A stretch of 64,000 nucleotides of DNA from the sequence record NC_023568.1. The stretch is one strand, 5' to 3'. A program made the position numbers and the translations under genes. Positions within the stretch are counted from its first letter, which is position 1. The number at the start of each line of letters is the position of its first letter. The notes beneath the pieces were generated by a model that was given only the letters and a program-made list of their open reading frames with translations, was not told the origin of the DNA and did not search any database. Positions 48,231 to 57,524 of the stretch are shown piece after piece.

Positions 48231-48640
48231 ACTATACCACTCTCAATTTTTCTGTTGTCAATAATGTGTTTGATTGTGAAGCCCATTTGACTAATGCCTT
48301 TCAAAGCTTCTTCGATGAATGATAACACATCTTTCATGTGTTGAAAAGTAGCAATTGCACGTTGAAGATATTCATCACCCGCAAGAGCATATTTCATTTC
48401 ACTCTTTTCTACGATGAAATCACAAACTTCATCGTCATGTTTGCCGCTATAAAAGAGCCAGCGGTCTTTTCTCACAGCTTCCATTTTCATTTCAGCTTTG
48501 ATAAGTAGTTGTCTTGCATCGGCTCGGTATGCAAGCCACTTCGCATGAAGAACGGGAATTCGAATAGCTGCTGTTTCTAAAGCAGTTGTGTCAATTTTCA
48601 CGTCTTCGTGATATTCAATTTTTAAATCTTGTAGCTTCAT
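48227..48640 (-). CDS. uvsY: Recombination mediator UvsY
   Basis: DVKIDTTALETAAIRIPVLHAKWL, WLFYSGK and GFTIKHIIDNRKIESG. Confidence 0.93.
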   Translation of the reverse strand: MKLQDLKIEYHEDVKIDTTALETAAIRIPVLHAKWLAYRADARQLLIKAEMKMEAVRKDRWLFYSGKHDDEVCDFIVEKSEMKYALAGDEYLQRAIATFQHMKDVLSFIEEALKGISQMGFTIKHIIDNRKIESGIV

Positions 48641-48689
48641 AATAACCTCGCGTCATCAAGTATACATTTCATCATTGGTGGCTTAAACA

Positions 48690-48764
48690 CTAATCCCTCT
48701 AATACTTCTAATATCACTAAAAGCACTAATACTACTAAGATGAGACGGAATTTTTCCGCCTCTT
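48690..48764 (-). repeat. Hairpin plus six TTAG units at 9-bp spacing (copy B)
   Basis: CTAA on + at 48690, 48699, 48708, 48717, 48726, 48735; core identical to copy A except one base. Confidence 0.92.
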
Positions 48765-48785
48765 ACCGTTTTTCGCTTCGCGTAT

Positions 48786-48804
48786 AAAAAAAGCCCCGAA
48801 GGGC
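48786..48804 (-). terminator. Terminator after gp35
   Basis: On -: GCCC-TTCG-GGGC-T7. Confidence 0.85.
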
Positions 48805-48808
48805 TCTT

Positions 48809-51502
48809 TTATTTCATTGCAAAGTCGATTGCAGTGAAATTGTCTTCAAACGAACTAGCAACATTGACTTCAGTGACAATTGGGAAAGCCCACATTACTT
48901 GATTTTCAACGGCTGTTTCATCTTTGTATCGAAGTATCAACTTATCATCATCAGCATTCCATCTAAAAGACTTGTCTGCGTTTGTGGTGTAATAACCTAC
49001 ACCCTTTGATGTCTGATATGTCGGATCATCTTCTGGGTTTATTACACCGAAATAGTTGTTAAACTTATCAGCAAACGCTTGATGTTGTGCATCTGTCCAA
49101 TCATGTGGTAGAATATACCCCTGCAATAAAACCCATTGATTGTTTGAAGCAGGAAACCCGTACACTCTGTCAACATTGATATATGTAGATGTTCGACTAC
49201 CGTCTGATAATCTCAGAGTTCTATAGTCACCAGATGAATTCTTGACACGTACACTGAAATATAAGAAGCTATTTTGCTTGTCTATAGCATTAACCCATAA
49301 CGATAAGAAGTATGGTCGAGATGGATCGATTGATACTTCTTGCATTTCAATTGGAGATGATGAGCCTGCTGTACGTGTGAAACACTTTTCACCGCCTGAA
49401 AGTACATAATTACCCCATTGAACGTTGTCAATTTCTTGTACTGGCATATTAATACCTGCATACAAGTTTGAATCTGCGTTATATGCTCGCCACCAGCTAT
49501 CGTCATCAACTACGTTACCTGTAATCGGTGAATTGACAATCTCTTGAGCAGCGATACCGTTTATGTTCGAAATCATATGAGGTATACCACTCGGGGTTGA
49601 CATTCCGCCTTTAGTCAATATGACGTAATCAAAGTACTCTGGTTGTAAGTCAGACCAAACTCCAAATTTAACTGCACCTGTTGGTACTTGTACGAAAAAT
49701 TCTTGAGTTTCTTTTTTCTCTGCACTGTAAAAATGAATATTCTGTCTGCCTACTTCATCGCCAACTACGTTGTAGAATCGAAGATTCGCCATTTTGTCTG
49801 CATTCGCGATTGCTGAATTTCGATCAATACATGCACGAGCTTTGTAAATCAAGTACTGTCCGTCGATTACACCATAATCTGAAAGAAGATAACGTTTATC
49901 AGTAGGAACAGTCATTGTTTCGAGTAAAGGAATTCCGTACCCGTTTGAACCAATCCCTTCTTTATCTTCGAATGCAGTATCAACAACACTGTCACCGTCA
50001 GATTCATGATCGAACATACAACGATCATATACAATACCTAATTGGCCTGTCCCGAATGCACAGTAACTATAACTGTATTGACTGAAGTAAGAGCTACCGC
50101 GATACTCAATCGGGTGATACTGTTGAATTGCAGCATCTACCGCAGAATCTGCGTACATTGACCCATTTGATAGAATAACAAACGGCTCTGTTGTTAACCC
50201 GTTCAGCCCGTTGATGAAGTTGCTACGTTCTGTAGAACTACTCAGAAGATATTTTCTATTAGTTTTGACTGTCATATCGTCGTTGAATATAATCAAACGA
50301 ACTTGATATTGTTGTTTAGCTTCGGGTGTGAATAGACTAACATCATTCAAATAACATGATGCTAGATTCGAACTACCGTTCGCGACACCTGTTGCTAACA
50401 GTCTGATATTATTATTTGAAAAATCTCTGATATGTCTAGCCGACACTTCATATTCACCGATTCTTGAACCGACGGGAGCATAAATCCATAATTCTGCTAT
50501 ATTTACGTTAATACCCGGTCCCGGGAATGTCGTAGTCGCGTCTGGCCAAGAACGTTTGGCACCGATAGCCCAATACCAATTTGATATATCGACTGAACCA
50601 TCTGCTAAAGTACTAGCTGAAACGCTGAATTCAATACCACCCCAATCGTTTGCAGTGCTTTCGATGTAAACAGGTTCATAACCCCTAACCCCACGAGCGG
50701 TAGCATCGTAATCGCCAGTATAGTTCTTGACGATTTGCGAATCCGTGATCATGAAGTTCGTCAACCAACGTTTTCCTGTTGGTAATTTCCCGGCATCGTT
50801 TGTGTAGCAACAATACCAGTACATGCTACTTGACGAAAGAGTACTAGGCGTTGTGAAACGAGCATAGTGACGTTTCCAAAGAATCCCGTCAACTATTATT
50901 TCGTTTCCTGCTGATTCGAACACGTCACCCGCAGTATGTTCGCCTAATGTATAATCATTATTGGAACCGTCATACCAACGAGCGTGAAATATAGCTGCTG
51001 TGTCGTGATCAGCGTCTACTTCATACCCAACCCAACATGACAATGTGTATGTTTTGTTTGGTTTTAAACGCGATTGTGGCACTTGAAATCGCAATTGATC
51101 TTCGAGTGCCGCAGTTGGTTGTTCTACAACGTATTTTGACGACCCTGGGTTTTCTTTTTCAACTATAACCCACGAACCTATTTTTGCGTTTTGCTCAGTA
51201 ACGTATTCGCCACCAGCCAAGTTACCGTTAGTTAGATATTGACCTACATCAATAGCTGCAAAGTTACTACTTTGCTTCCAAATGTTTGTTACATCTAATT
51301 CTGGGTAATGAAGCTTGAATTGGAATTTGCCGTCTTCACGGCGAAATTCCTCAAGTGAGTTCAACGCACTGAATTTTTGTTCAACGTCGGGATTTGTCCC
51401 GACGCTGCGTGCTTCAGCATCGGAGGTGAAAAACACACCTCCTGTTGAATCATGGCGAAAGATTAATAGCCAATCGCCGTCACGTTTAAGTCTTTCGTAC
51501 AT
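48809..51502 (-). CDS. gp35: Long tail fibre hinge gp35-like, with N-terminal lectin-like domains
   Basis: Follows gp34. Region from aa ~350 resembles the T4 gp35 domain (VRLIIF..KY..SNFINGL..VILSNG..YSYCAF..DTAFEDKEGIGSNGY). Confidence 0.7.
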   Translation of the reverse strand: MYERLKRDGDWLLIFRHDSTGGVFFTSDAEARSVGTNPDVEQKFSALNSLEEFRREDGKFQFKLHYPELDVTNIWKQSSNFAAIDVGQYLTNGNLAGGEYVTEQNAKIGSWVIVEKENPGSSKYVVEQPTAALEDQLRFQVPQSRLKPNKTYTLSCWVGYEVDADHDTAAIFHARWYDGSNNDYTLGEHTAGDVFESAGNEIIVDGILWKRHYARFTTPSTLSSSSMYWYCCYTNDAGKLPTGKRWLTNFMITDSQIVKNYTGDYDATARGVRGYEPVYIESTANDWGGIEFSVSASTLADGSVDISNWYWAIGAKRSWPDATTTFPGPGINVNIAELWIYAPVGSRIGEYEVSARHIRDFSNNNIRLLATGVANGSSNLASCYLNDVSLFTPEAKQQYQVRLIIFNDDMTVKTNRKYLLSSSTERSNFINGLNGLTTEPFVILSNGSMYADSAVDAAIQQYHPIEYRGSSYFSQYSYSYCAFGTGQLGIVYDRCMFDHESDGDSVVDTAFEDKEGIGSNGYGIPLLETMTVPTDKRYLLSDYGVIDGQYLIYKARACIDRNSAIANADKMANLRFYNVVGDEVGRQNIHFYSAEKKETQEFFVQVPTGAVKFGVWSDLQPEYFDYVILTKGGMSTPSGIPHMISNINGIAAQEIVNSPITGNVVDDDSWWRAYNADSNLYAGINMPVQEIDNVQWGNYVLSGGEKCFTRTAGSSSPIEMQEVSIDPSRPYFLSLWVNAIDKQNSFLYFSVRVKNSSGDYRTLRLSDGSRTSTYINVDRVYGFPASNNQWVLLQGYILPHDWTDAQHQAFADKFNNYFGVINPEDDPTYQTSKGVGYYTTNADKSFRWNADDDKLILRYKDETAVENQVMWAFPIVTEVNVASSFEDNFTAIDFAMK

Positions 51503-51510
51503 AAATCACC

Positions 51511-54500
51511 TTATATAGCGTGTCCGTACGTAAACTCCAACACGCCTTGATTATTAGTTGACATTCTTACAGAACCAACTTGAATGTAGTCTCTGTATTT
51601 AACGCTCTCACCTGTACCACCGTCTGGCGTGAACAAGTCGATACGCTCAGATAGTGTCTTACCAGCACCAGCCGATAGAGCTTGGTGTGGGTCTGAAGCA
51701 TTCACTGGGTCTGCTGTACGCACGTCACTTGTTACTTGTACAATACCTGAATTCGTGCGGCTTGATTTGCGCAGACGATCATTGTTAATTGTACCAGTTG
51801 TGATGTTCTCACCTGAGTGAGCGTGACTATAATCGTTAACTTGAATGTTTGAAGTAACGTTTCCGCTACCATCTAACGTAAAGTTACCAGATAAGTCGCC
51901 AGTGAACGTCACTGTGCGCGCTGTAACCCACTTCTCAGAAGCTTTAGCTACGTTGTTAATACCCAAGTACTTGTTACGAAGTGAACCGCTTGCAGGGCTT
52001 GAATAAGTCCCGTACGATGAATCAACGTTTGCAGTCGCTTCATTTTCATATACGGTATCACCGAACGATGCCCCACCTGGCTGAGCCGTATAGCCAGTTG
52101 AATTTACTTGCCAGCGAGTTGAATCGCCTGTACCTACGATTAAGAAGGGTGCAGAAGACCCTTCACCACCGCCACCAACACGAATGCGAGCTTCGTCATT
52201 TAACCAGTCGAGTTTTACACTTGCCGAATCGTTATTTGGGTTCTCAACGATGAAGTAACCACCATTTTTTGCAAGAACTATATGATTGTCAAACTTATAT
52301 GACGCATTGATTGTTTGATCAACGTCACGACGTGCAAATTGTGTACTGTTCAAGCCATCTAGTAATTCTGAGTCATCAGCTTTAGCGTTTAGTGGCAAGT
52401 AGTTACGCAATGCATAGTGCAACCCGTAAGGTGAAACTGCATATGGAACACGCAAGTACGACGTATACGCTTGTGTTGAACCGTCTGTACTGTTACCAAC
52501 AAATGTTTCTGCTGGTGTTGCGATTTGTACGTTACCATAACGACTTTCATTTGCACGTGAGCTGTCAGAGTAACGAGTCCAGTGTAGCAAATCACTCGGA
52601 GTAACAACAATTTCATTACTAGCTGTCGCTGCTTCGACTTCAGCTTGAGTCGCAAGACGCACGATACCGGTTTGCGTTTCAGTAGCACGACGCGCATTTA
52701 ACTTCTGTGGTGTGATGATTACATCATCAAGCGCACCAGTTTGAGCATTCGCTTCTACTTGAGTCGCAACTTGTAGTGTACCACGTTGTGTTTCAGTCGC
52801 TGACGCGATGCTGAATGTAACGTCGCCCCACACTGTACCAGTATGCGATAGACCATCTGTTCCTGCCGTCACGAAATGGTCACGATCAAGCCATGTCTTC
52901 AGTTTAAGTGGTGAAACAATACGAGTATCGTCTGTCCCTGAGTCAACTTCAGTTTGAGTCGCGATTTCAGCAACACCACGACGTGATTCAGTTGCTGTTC
53001 TGCTATTCAACGTTTCTGGTGTGATGAAGACTGTTGTCCACGATTCACCAGTTCCTGTTGTTGCATTTGCTTCAGACTGTGTAGCAGAACGAGCAATACC
53101 ACGAACCGTTGAGCTTGCTTTCCACGCTGCTAATTTCTTAGGCGTGATGATCGCGTTATCAACTGTTGAGTCGTTGATGCGAAGTTCACTGCTCTTAGCA
53201 ACCCATAATGTACCAGGTTGATTCTCTGTAGCGCGATACTCATCAAGCATTTTAGGCGTTACTATACGCAGATGATCAGTTTTATCATATACTGTATTGT
53301 CAAGACCATTTACTGAACGGTCTGAGCGCATATTCGCTGTTGATGTAACAATACCACCAGCATTGATGTTGTTCGACGCTTCGACTAGTTTTGCAACACC
53401 TGTTAGATCTTCTTCAGCTTGTGCAGCGTGGAATTTCATCGGTGTTAGAACTTGAACATCGTTAGTTGTGCTTCGCGTCTCGTTTTGAGTTGCGATTTCA
53501 ACTACACCGCGACGTGTTTCAGTTGCTGTACGCGCATTCAAACTACGTGGTGTTATGAACAGATCATGTCTGAAGTTTGTATCTGGGTAACGAACAAACG
53601 TACCAGAACGCGATTCTTCAAGTGCTTCATCAGTTCCAAGTGTAGCAACACGAGCCATACCAACTTGCTGTTCACCTGCACGACGAGCGTCAAGCGTCTC
53701 TACCGTGATTACGTGGTCTTTCAGTGGGTTTTGATCAGCCCAAGGGTCTGCTGCATCTTCAGGGTGCGCATATTCAATCCCGTGTGCTAGAGCTTCCGTT
53801 GGGTCAGCTAATGGCACGATACCCGGGCGTTTACGGTATAGTTCATCAGCGATATCGATACGAGTCGCGATGTTACCGAACGACCATACTTTACGACTCG
53901 CGTCGTAGTATAGAACTAGTGAATAACCGCTGTCATAATCACTAATTTCGAATGATTCAACGAAGAATGGAACGAAATCAACGTAATGACGGTATTTTTG
54001 ATAACGATATGTTTCAAAGTCCAAGAATACTTTGTATTCATCGGGGCCGTGACCTGGGTCATCATCACCGAAATTCGGGTGAACTTGAATCGTTACTTTC
54101 TTATGAGCTGTTTTGTTGTGTGAGATCTCAATCCAGTCACCATCGGCTGGTTTTTCTGGTAGTGTGATCGTCATTGCAGGAACAGCATCTGCGATTTCGA
54201 TAGCGTAACGAGAACGAGGCTTCAATTCAACCGCGCTTGAATCCCCGACATAGTTCCATAAATGCGGGTTGTTCGCGATTGTGATTACCCATACGCCAGT
54301 ACCGTTATCATCGATAAATGTGATATCAGCGCCGCCGATAGTATCAAGACTGATAACAGAACTACGTTCGCCTGAAATAGGGTCTTGAATAACCTGACCC
54401 GTAGCAGTCGGGTTCACACCGATTTGAATCGACGTTTGATTCTCAAGATACGCAACATCTTTAAGATGAATTGTATCGCCCACGTTCGGGTTCAGTGGTA

Positions 54501-55218
54501 CAGAAATTGCAATTTTCTTAACTGAACCGTCATATGTGACTGTCTCGCCAACGTTAGTGAAATAACCACCAGTTGATAAGTACCCACCCTGTTGAGTTGG
54601 GTGACTGTCGTCGATATACGTATTGTATAACTCTTGATTGATCTGATATGTCCATGCAATACCGTTGTACACTAAGAATATAGTGCTGTTAGGGGTATTG
54701 AATGAAATACTCGGTTTAGACTCAATTGAACCGTCAATGCCGTAATGTTGAATCGTCAAGCCGCCCGCTGCTGCAATCGTACAAGGGTAAGTTGTAAGAA
54801 CGCCTTTACCGTCTTTGATTGTAACTGTGTCACCTGTTAATGGTGTTTCAGGCAGTGTAATAGTGATTGCCGAGCTTGCTGTTAACAACAAGAAGTCACC
54901 GACGTTTGCGCCTACCGATGAATCAGTATCTTCCCATTCAGGGTCGGTACGCATTTTCTGCCACTTCTGCGAGTCAAAAGGTTCAGGTGCATTGATTTCG
55001 GTAATGTTTTTGTATAGACGTTGATTGAACTCAACGATAAAGTCTACTTTATAGTGATCTCGTGTTGGGTCATACTCTTGAACAGTGTTCTCTTCAATAA
55101 AGTAGCCTTGGTTAATACCGTCGAACAATTCATTTGCTCGTGGGTCTGCTACGTTAATGACATTCTGACCACTTGCATCAAGACCTGACGCACGAAATGC
55201 TCTGCGGAATTCTGACAT
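51511..55218 (-). CDS. gp34: Long tail fibre proximal subunit
   Basis: RAFRASGLDASGQNVINVA, repeated ATETRRGVAEIATQ units and YLPLNAKADDSELLDGLNSTQFARRDVDQT. Start at ATG 55218 after AGGAG. Confidence 0.95.
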   Translation of the reverse strand: MSEFRRAFRASGLDASGQNVINVADPRANELFDGINQGYFIEENTVQEYDPTRDHYKVDFIVEFNQRLYKNITEINAPEPFDSQKWQKMRTDPEWEDTDSSVGANVGDFLLLTASSAITITLPETPLTGDTVTIKDGKGVLTTYPCTIAAAGGLTIQHYGIDGSIESKPSISFNTPNSTIFLVYNGIAWTYQINQELYNTYIDDSHPTQQGGYLSTGGYFTNVGETVTYDGSVKKIAISVPLNPNVGDTIHLKDVAYLENQTSIQIGVNPTATGQVIQDPISGERSSVISLDTIGGADITFIDDNGTGVWVITIANNPHLWNYVGDSSAVELKPRSRYAIEIADAVPAMTITLPEKPADGDWIEISHNKTAHKKVTIQVHPNFGDDDPGHGPDEYKVFLDFETYRYQKYRHYVDFVPFFVESFEISDYDSGYSLVLYYDASRKVWSFGNIATRIDIADELYRKRPGIVPLADPTEALAHGIEYAHPEDAADPWADQNPLKDHVITVETLDARRAGEQQVGMARVATLGTDEALEESRSGTFVRYPDTNFRHDLFITPRSLNARTATETRRGVVEIATQNETRSTTNDVQVLTPMKFHAAQAEEDLTGVAKLVEASNNINAGGIVTSTANMRSDRSVNGLDNTVYDKTDHLRIVTPKMLDEYRATENQPGTLWVAKSSELRINDSTVDNAIITPKKLAAWKASSTVRGIARSATQSEANATTGTGESWTTVFITPETLNSRTATESRRGVAEIATQTEVDSGTDDTRIVSPLKLKTWLDRDHFVTAGTDGLSHTGTVWGDVTFSIASATETQRGTLQVATQVEANAQTGALDDVIITPQKLNARRATETQTGIVRLATQAEVEAATASNEIVVTPSDLLHWTRYSDSSRANESRYGNVQIATPAETFVGNSTDGSTQAYTSYLRVPYAVSPYGLHYALRNYLPLNAKADDSELLDGLNSTQFARRDVDQTINASYKFDNHIVLAKNGGYFIVENPNNDSASVKLDWLNDEARIRVGGGGEGSSAPFLIVGTGDSTRWQVNSTGYTAQPGGASFGDTVYENEATANVDSSYGTYSSPASGSLRNKYLGINNVAKASEKWVTARTVTFTGDLSGNFTLDGSGNVTSNIQVNDYSHAHSGENITTGTINNDRLRKSSRTNSGIVQVTSDVRTADPVNASDPHQALSAGAGKTLSERIDLFTPDGGTGESVKYRDYIQVGSVRMSTNNQGVLEFTYGHAI

Positions 55219-55258
55219 TTCATTGCTCCTTTGTTTAGATATGCAATTCGCTATGATA

Positions 55259-55266
55259 TATTTAGA
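55259..55266 (-). promoter_or_regulatory. Late promoter variant TCTAAATA for gp34
   Basis: About 40 nt upstream of the ATG at 55218. Confidence 0.7.
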
Positions 55267-55296
55267 CACACGATATAAACATATAGGAAACGACAC

Positions 55297-56229
55297 ATGA
55301 GTTTAGAGGGGTTCTTCAAGCGAAAGACAAAATCGTTTGATGGTATGCCAGCGGGTGTTAATCTCGTTGACTTCAGTCAGATTGTCTTGAGTACAATCAT
55401 GGCAACATACAAACCGACTGATCTATTAACAGTTGATTTGATTCGTCATATCGTTCTTAACACGCTACGTAGTAACGTGCTAAAGAACAAACTCAAATAC
55501 CCGCGTATTATCTTGTGTATTGATAACGGTAAAGGCGGTTATTGGCGCAAGAAAGAAGCTTGGTACTACAAATACAAACGTAGTGAGCAGCGTGATGACT
55601 CTGGCTGGGATTTCGAAACGATTTTCAATGCAATGGCGCAGATTAAAGAAGAAATCAAAGAAAACATGCCGTATTACGTAATGGACATTGAAGGCGTTGA
55701 AGCCGATGACCATATTGGTGTTTTGACTAATTATTACGTGAGTAAAAACGTTCCAGTTTTGATTACTTCTTCAGATGGTGACTTTACTCAGTTACACACA
55801 AGCAAGCTTGTACGTCAATGGTCTCCGATTCAGAAGAAATGGGTCAAGCCGAAGCATGGTTCACCAGAAATGGACATCATGTTTAAATGCATCAAAGGTG
55901 ATAAAAAAGACGGTATTGCACCGTTGAAAGCGCCGAATGATCACTACACACATGGCGATGGTCGTCGTGCACCATCTGTTCGCAAAGAAGAGTTGCGCAC
56001 GCTAATGACATCAACGCCAGATGAGCTTAAAAAGCTCTTAACTGAAGAGCAATTTGCTCGTTATGAAGAAAACAGAAAATTGTTAGATTTTGCGTTTATT
56101 CCTAAGAATATCAGTGATAGCATAATCGAACAGTTTGAAGCGCAGAAGCCAGCGCCTAGAAGTAAAATCATGATGTATTTTGCTTCTAAGAAGTTAGATA
56201 AGCTTATTGAAAGCATGAGCGAATTCTAA
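55297..56229 (+). CDS. rnh: T4-type RNase H (FEN-1-like 5' nuclease)
   Basis: LVDFSQI, YWRKKEAWYYK..R, EADDHIGVL, SSDGDFTQL and KGDKKDGIA. Confidence 0.97.
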   Translation: MSLEGFFKRKTKSFDGMPAGVNLVDFSQIVLSTIMATYKPTDLLTVDLIRHIVLNTLRSNVLKNKLKYPRIILCIDNGKGGYWRKKEAWYYKYKRSEQRDDSGWDFETIFNAMAQIKEEIKENMPYYVMDIEGVEADDHIGVLTNYYVSKNVPVLITSSDGDFTQLHTSKLVRQWSPIQKKWVKPKHGSPEMDIMFKCIKGDKKDGIAPLKAPNDHYTHGDGRRAPSVRKEELRTLMTSTPDELKKLLTEEQFARYEENRKLLDFAFIPKNISDSIIEQFEAQKPAPRSKIMMYFASKKLDKLIESMSEF

Positions 56230-56236
56230 AAAAATT

Positions 56237-56265
56237 GTTTAGAACAACATGTGCTGCTGTATAAT
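56237..56265 (+). promoter_or_regulatory. Early/middle-type promoter for dsbA-33-59
   Basis: A tract, GTTTAG-17 bp-TATAAT (T4 early -35 is GTTTAC). Confidence 0.6.
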
Positions 56266-56311
56266 GAGCAGCACGAAACAACGACATTGAACAAAACATA
56301 TTGAGGTAACG

Positions 56312-56593
56312 ATGGACATTCTTGAATACGAAACAATCTCTACTCCGCAAGATAAGCAAGAAGTAGTTAACATGGTTAAAGAAGCGTCTGCTTCCATGTT
56401 GCGCATTGATTCTGAACGCGATCTAATGAAAGACATTGCGAATCGCGCAAAAGAAGAGTTCGAAATCAAACCTGCCGATTTCAACAAAGTTGTGAAGATG
56501 TATCACAAACAAAACCGCCAAGAAGAACAGGCGAAGTATGAAAAGGTAGACAATCTATACGAGAAGCTTTTTGACGATGCAGATGATGAATAA
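56312..56593 (+). CDS. dsbA: dsDNA-binding protein DsbA
   Basis: VKEAS..RIDSERDLMKDI..AKEEFEIKPADFNKVVKMYHKQ; position rnh-dsbA-33-59-32. Confidence 0.9.
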   Translation: MDILEYETISTPQDKQEVVNMVKEASASMLRIDSERDLMKDIANRAKEEFEIKPADFNKVVKMYHKQNRQEEQAKYEKVDNLYEKLFDDADDE

Positions 56594-56879
56594 AGACAAC
56601 TACGTTTTAAAAGAAGAGCTTGGTGATTTAGTTCCGCCTATTAAAGGCAGTCTTAGACAGCAAATCTCTCTAGAAATTGAAGAGATTTATAATAGCTGTC
56701 CCGCCATGACCTATCTTGAAGCGTGTCTGTTCTTCATTGAGCAATACGATTACGACATTAGTCGCTTCCCGTATCTGATTAATCAGACGTTGAAAGACAA
56801 AATTGAGACTGAGGCGATAAATGAAAAGACTATTAGAAGTCGATTTGGTTCTGCCTCGGACTTGGGTCAATGGGTATAG
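56571..56879 (+). CDS. gp33: Late transcription coactivator
   Basis: SLEIEEIY..TYLEAC..FIE..LKDKIETEAINEK. Confidence 0.88.
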   Translation: MTMQMMNKDNYVLKEELGDLVPPIKGSLRQQISLEIEEIYNSCPAMTYLEACLFFIEQYDYDISRFPYLINQTLKDKIETEAINEKTIRSRFGSASDLGQWV

Positions 56880-57474
56880 CGTATTTCGTGTTTATTGTGC
56901 TGTAAAGGCGCATATGGGCGGAAAGTACGACATCTCCAAGTATAAACTCGGAATGAAAACACCTAGATCTGCGTTCGAGAAGCGTTCAGATAAGGTGTTT
57001 TTTGAACGGCTAGCCAAACGGCTAACATTGAATGATTGCTATCAGTTGCTTGTTAGTAACTTAGCAGCGAACCCCAATGCGATTTCTTATGAGATTGCAG
57101 GTGCTGACGCTCATGAATTCTGGTTGAAACATACGGGATTTATGGAAATTTACAGTCAACACTACAAAAATGAACTACTTTCGATTTTTACTCTTATAAA
57201 TAGAGAGAATAAAAAATTCAAAGATTTGTTTAGAGGCGAAGGGCATCCCGTTATAATGCAACTCGTGTTACGAAATACTATCTCAATTGAGACGTTCGTA
57301 ATTCTGAATAGATTATTGAACTTCGTACCTGTAATCGACAAAGATTACGGAGACGATATCTTCTGGCACGAGTTCAAGACACGAGCTTTAGCATACGATA
57401 AGTTGCTGAAAATCGACGAAGTTCTTGCTAAAGAAATGTTTATTCAAATAAAAAATCAAAGTAAAATACAATAA
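56821..57474 (+). CDS. gp59: Helicase loader
   Basis: NGYSVFRVY..KAHMGGKYDISKY, FEKRSDKVFFERLA and ISIETFVIL. Confidence 0.93.
   Translation: MKRLLEVDLVLPRTWVNGYSVFRVYCAVKAHMGGKYDISKYKLGMKTPRSAFEKRSDKVFFERLAKRLTLNDCYQLLVSNLAANPNAISYEIAGADAHEFWLKHTGFMEIYSQHYKNELLSIFTLINRENKKFKDLFRGEGHPVIMQLVLRNTISIETFVILNRLLNFVPVIDKDYGDDIFWHEFKTRALAYDKLLKIDEVLAKEMFIQIKNQSKIQ
57195..57202 (+). promoter_or_regulatory. Late promoter inside gp59 serving gp32
   Basis: Exact TATAAATA about 320 nt upstream of gp32. Confidence 0.55.
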
Positions 57475-57524
57475 CACACTATACGATACTATATCATACT
57501 ATAAAATACAAGGTAAAATACAAT

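Noticed and set aside
52600-53560. Internal DNA repeats in gp34
   Set aside because: Explained by the known ATETRRG-type shaft repeats of T4 gp34/gp12.
55219-55296. Long 5' extensions given by the ORF track for gp34 (also uvsW, cca, gp40, gp9, gp11)
   Set aside because: The extensions cross promoters or terminators; downstream ATGs have clear RBSs.
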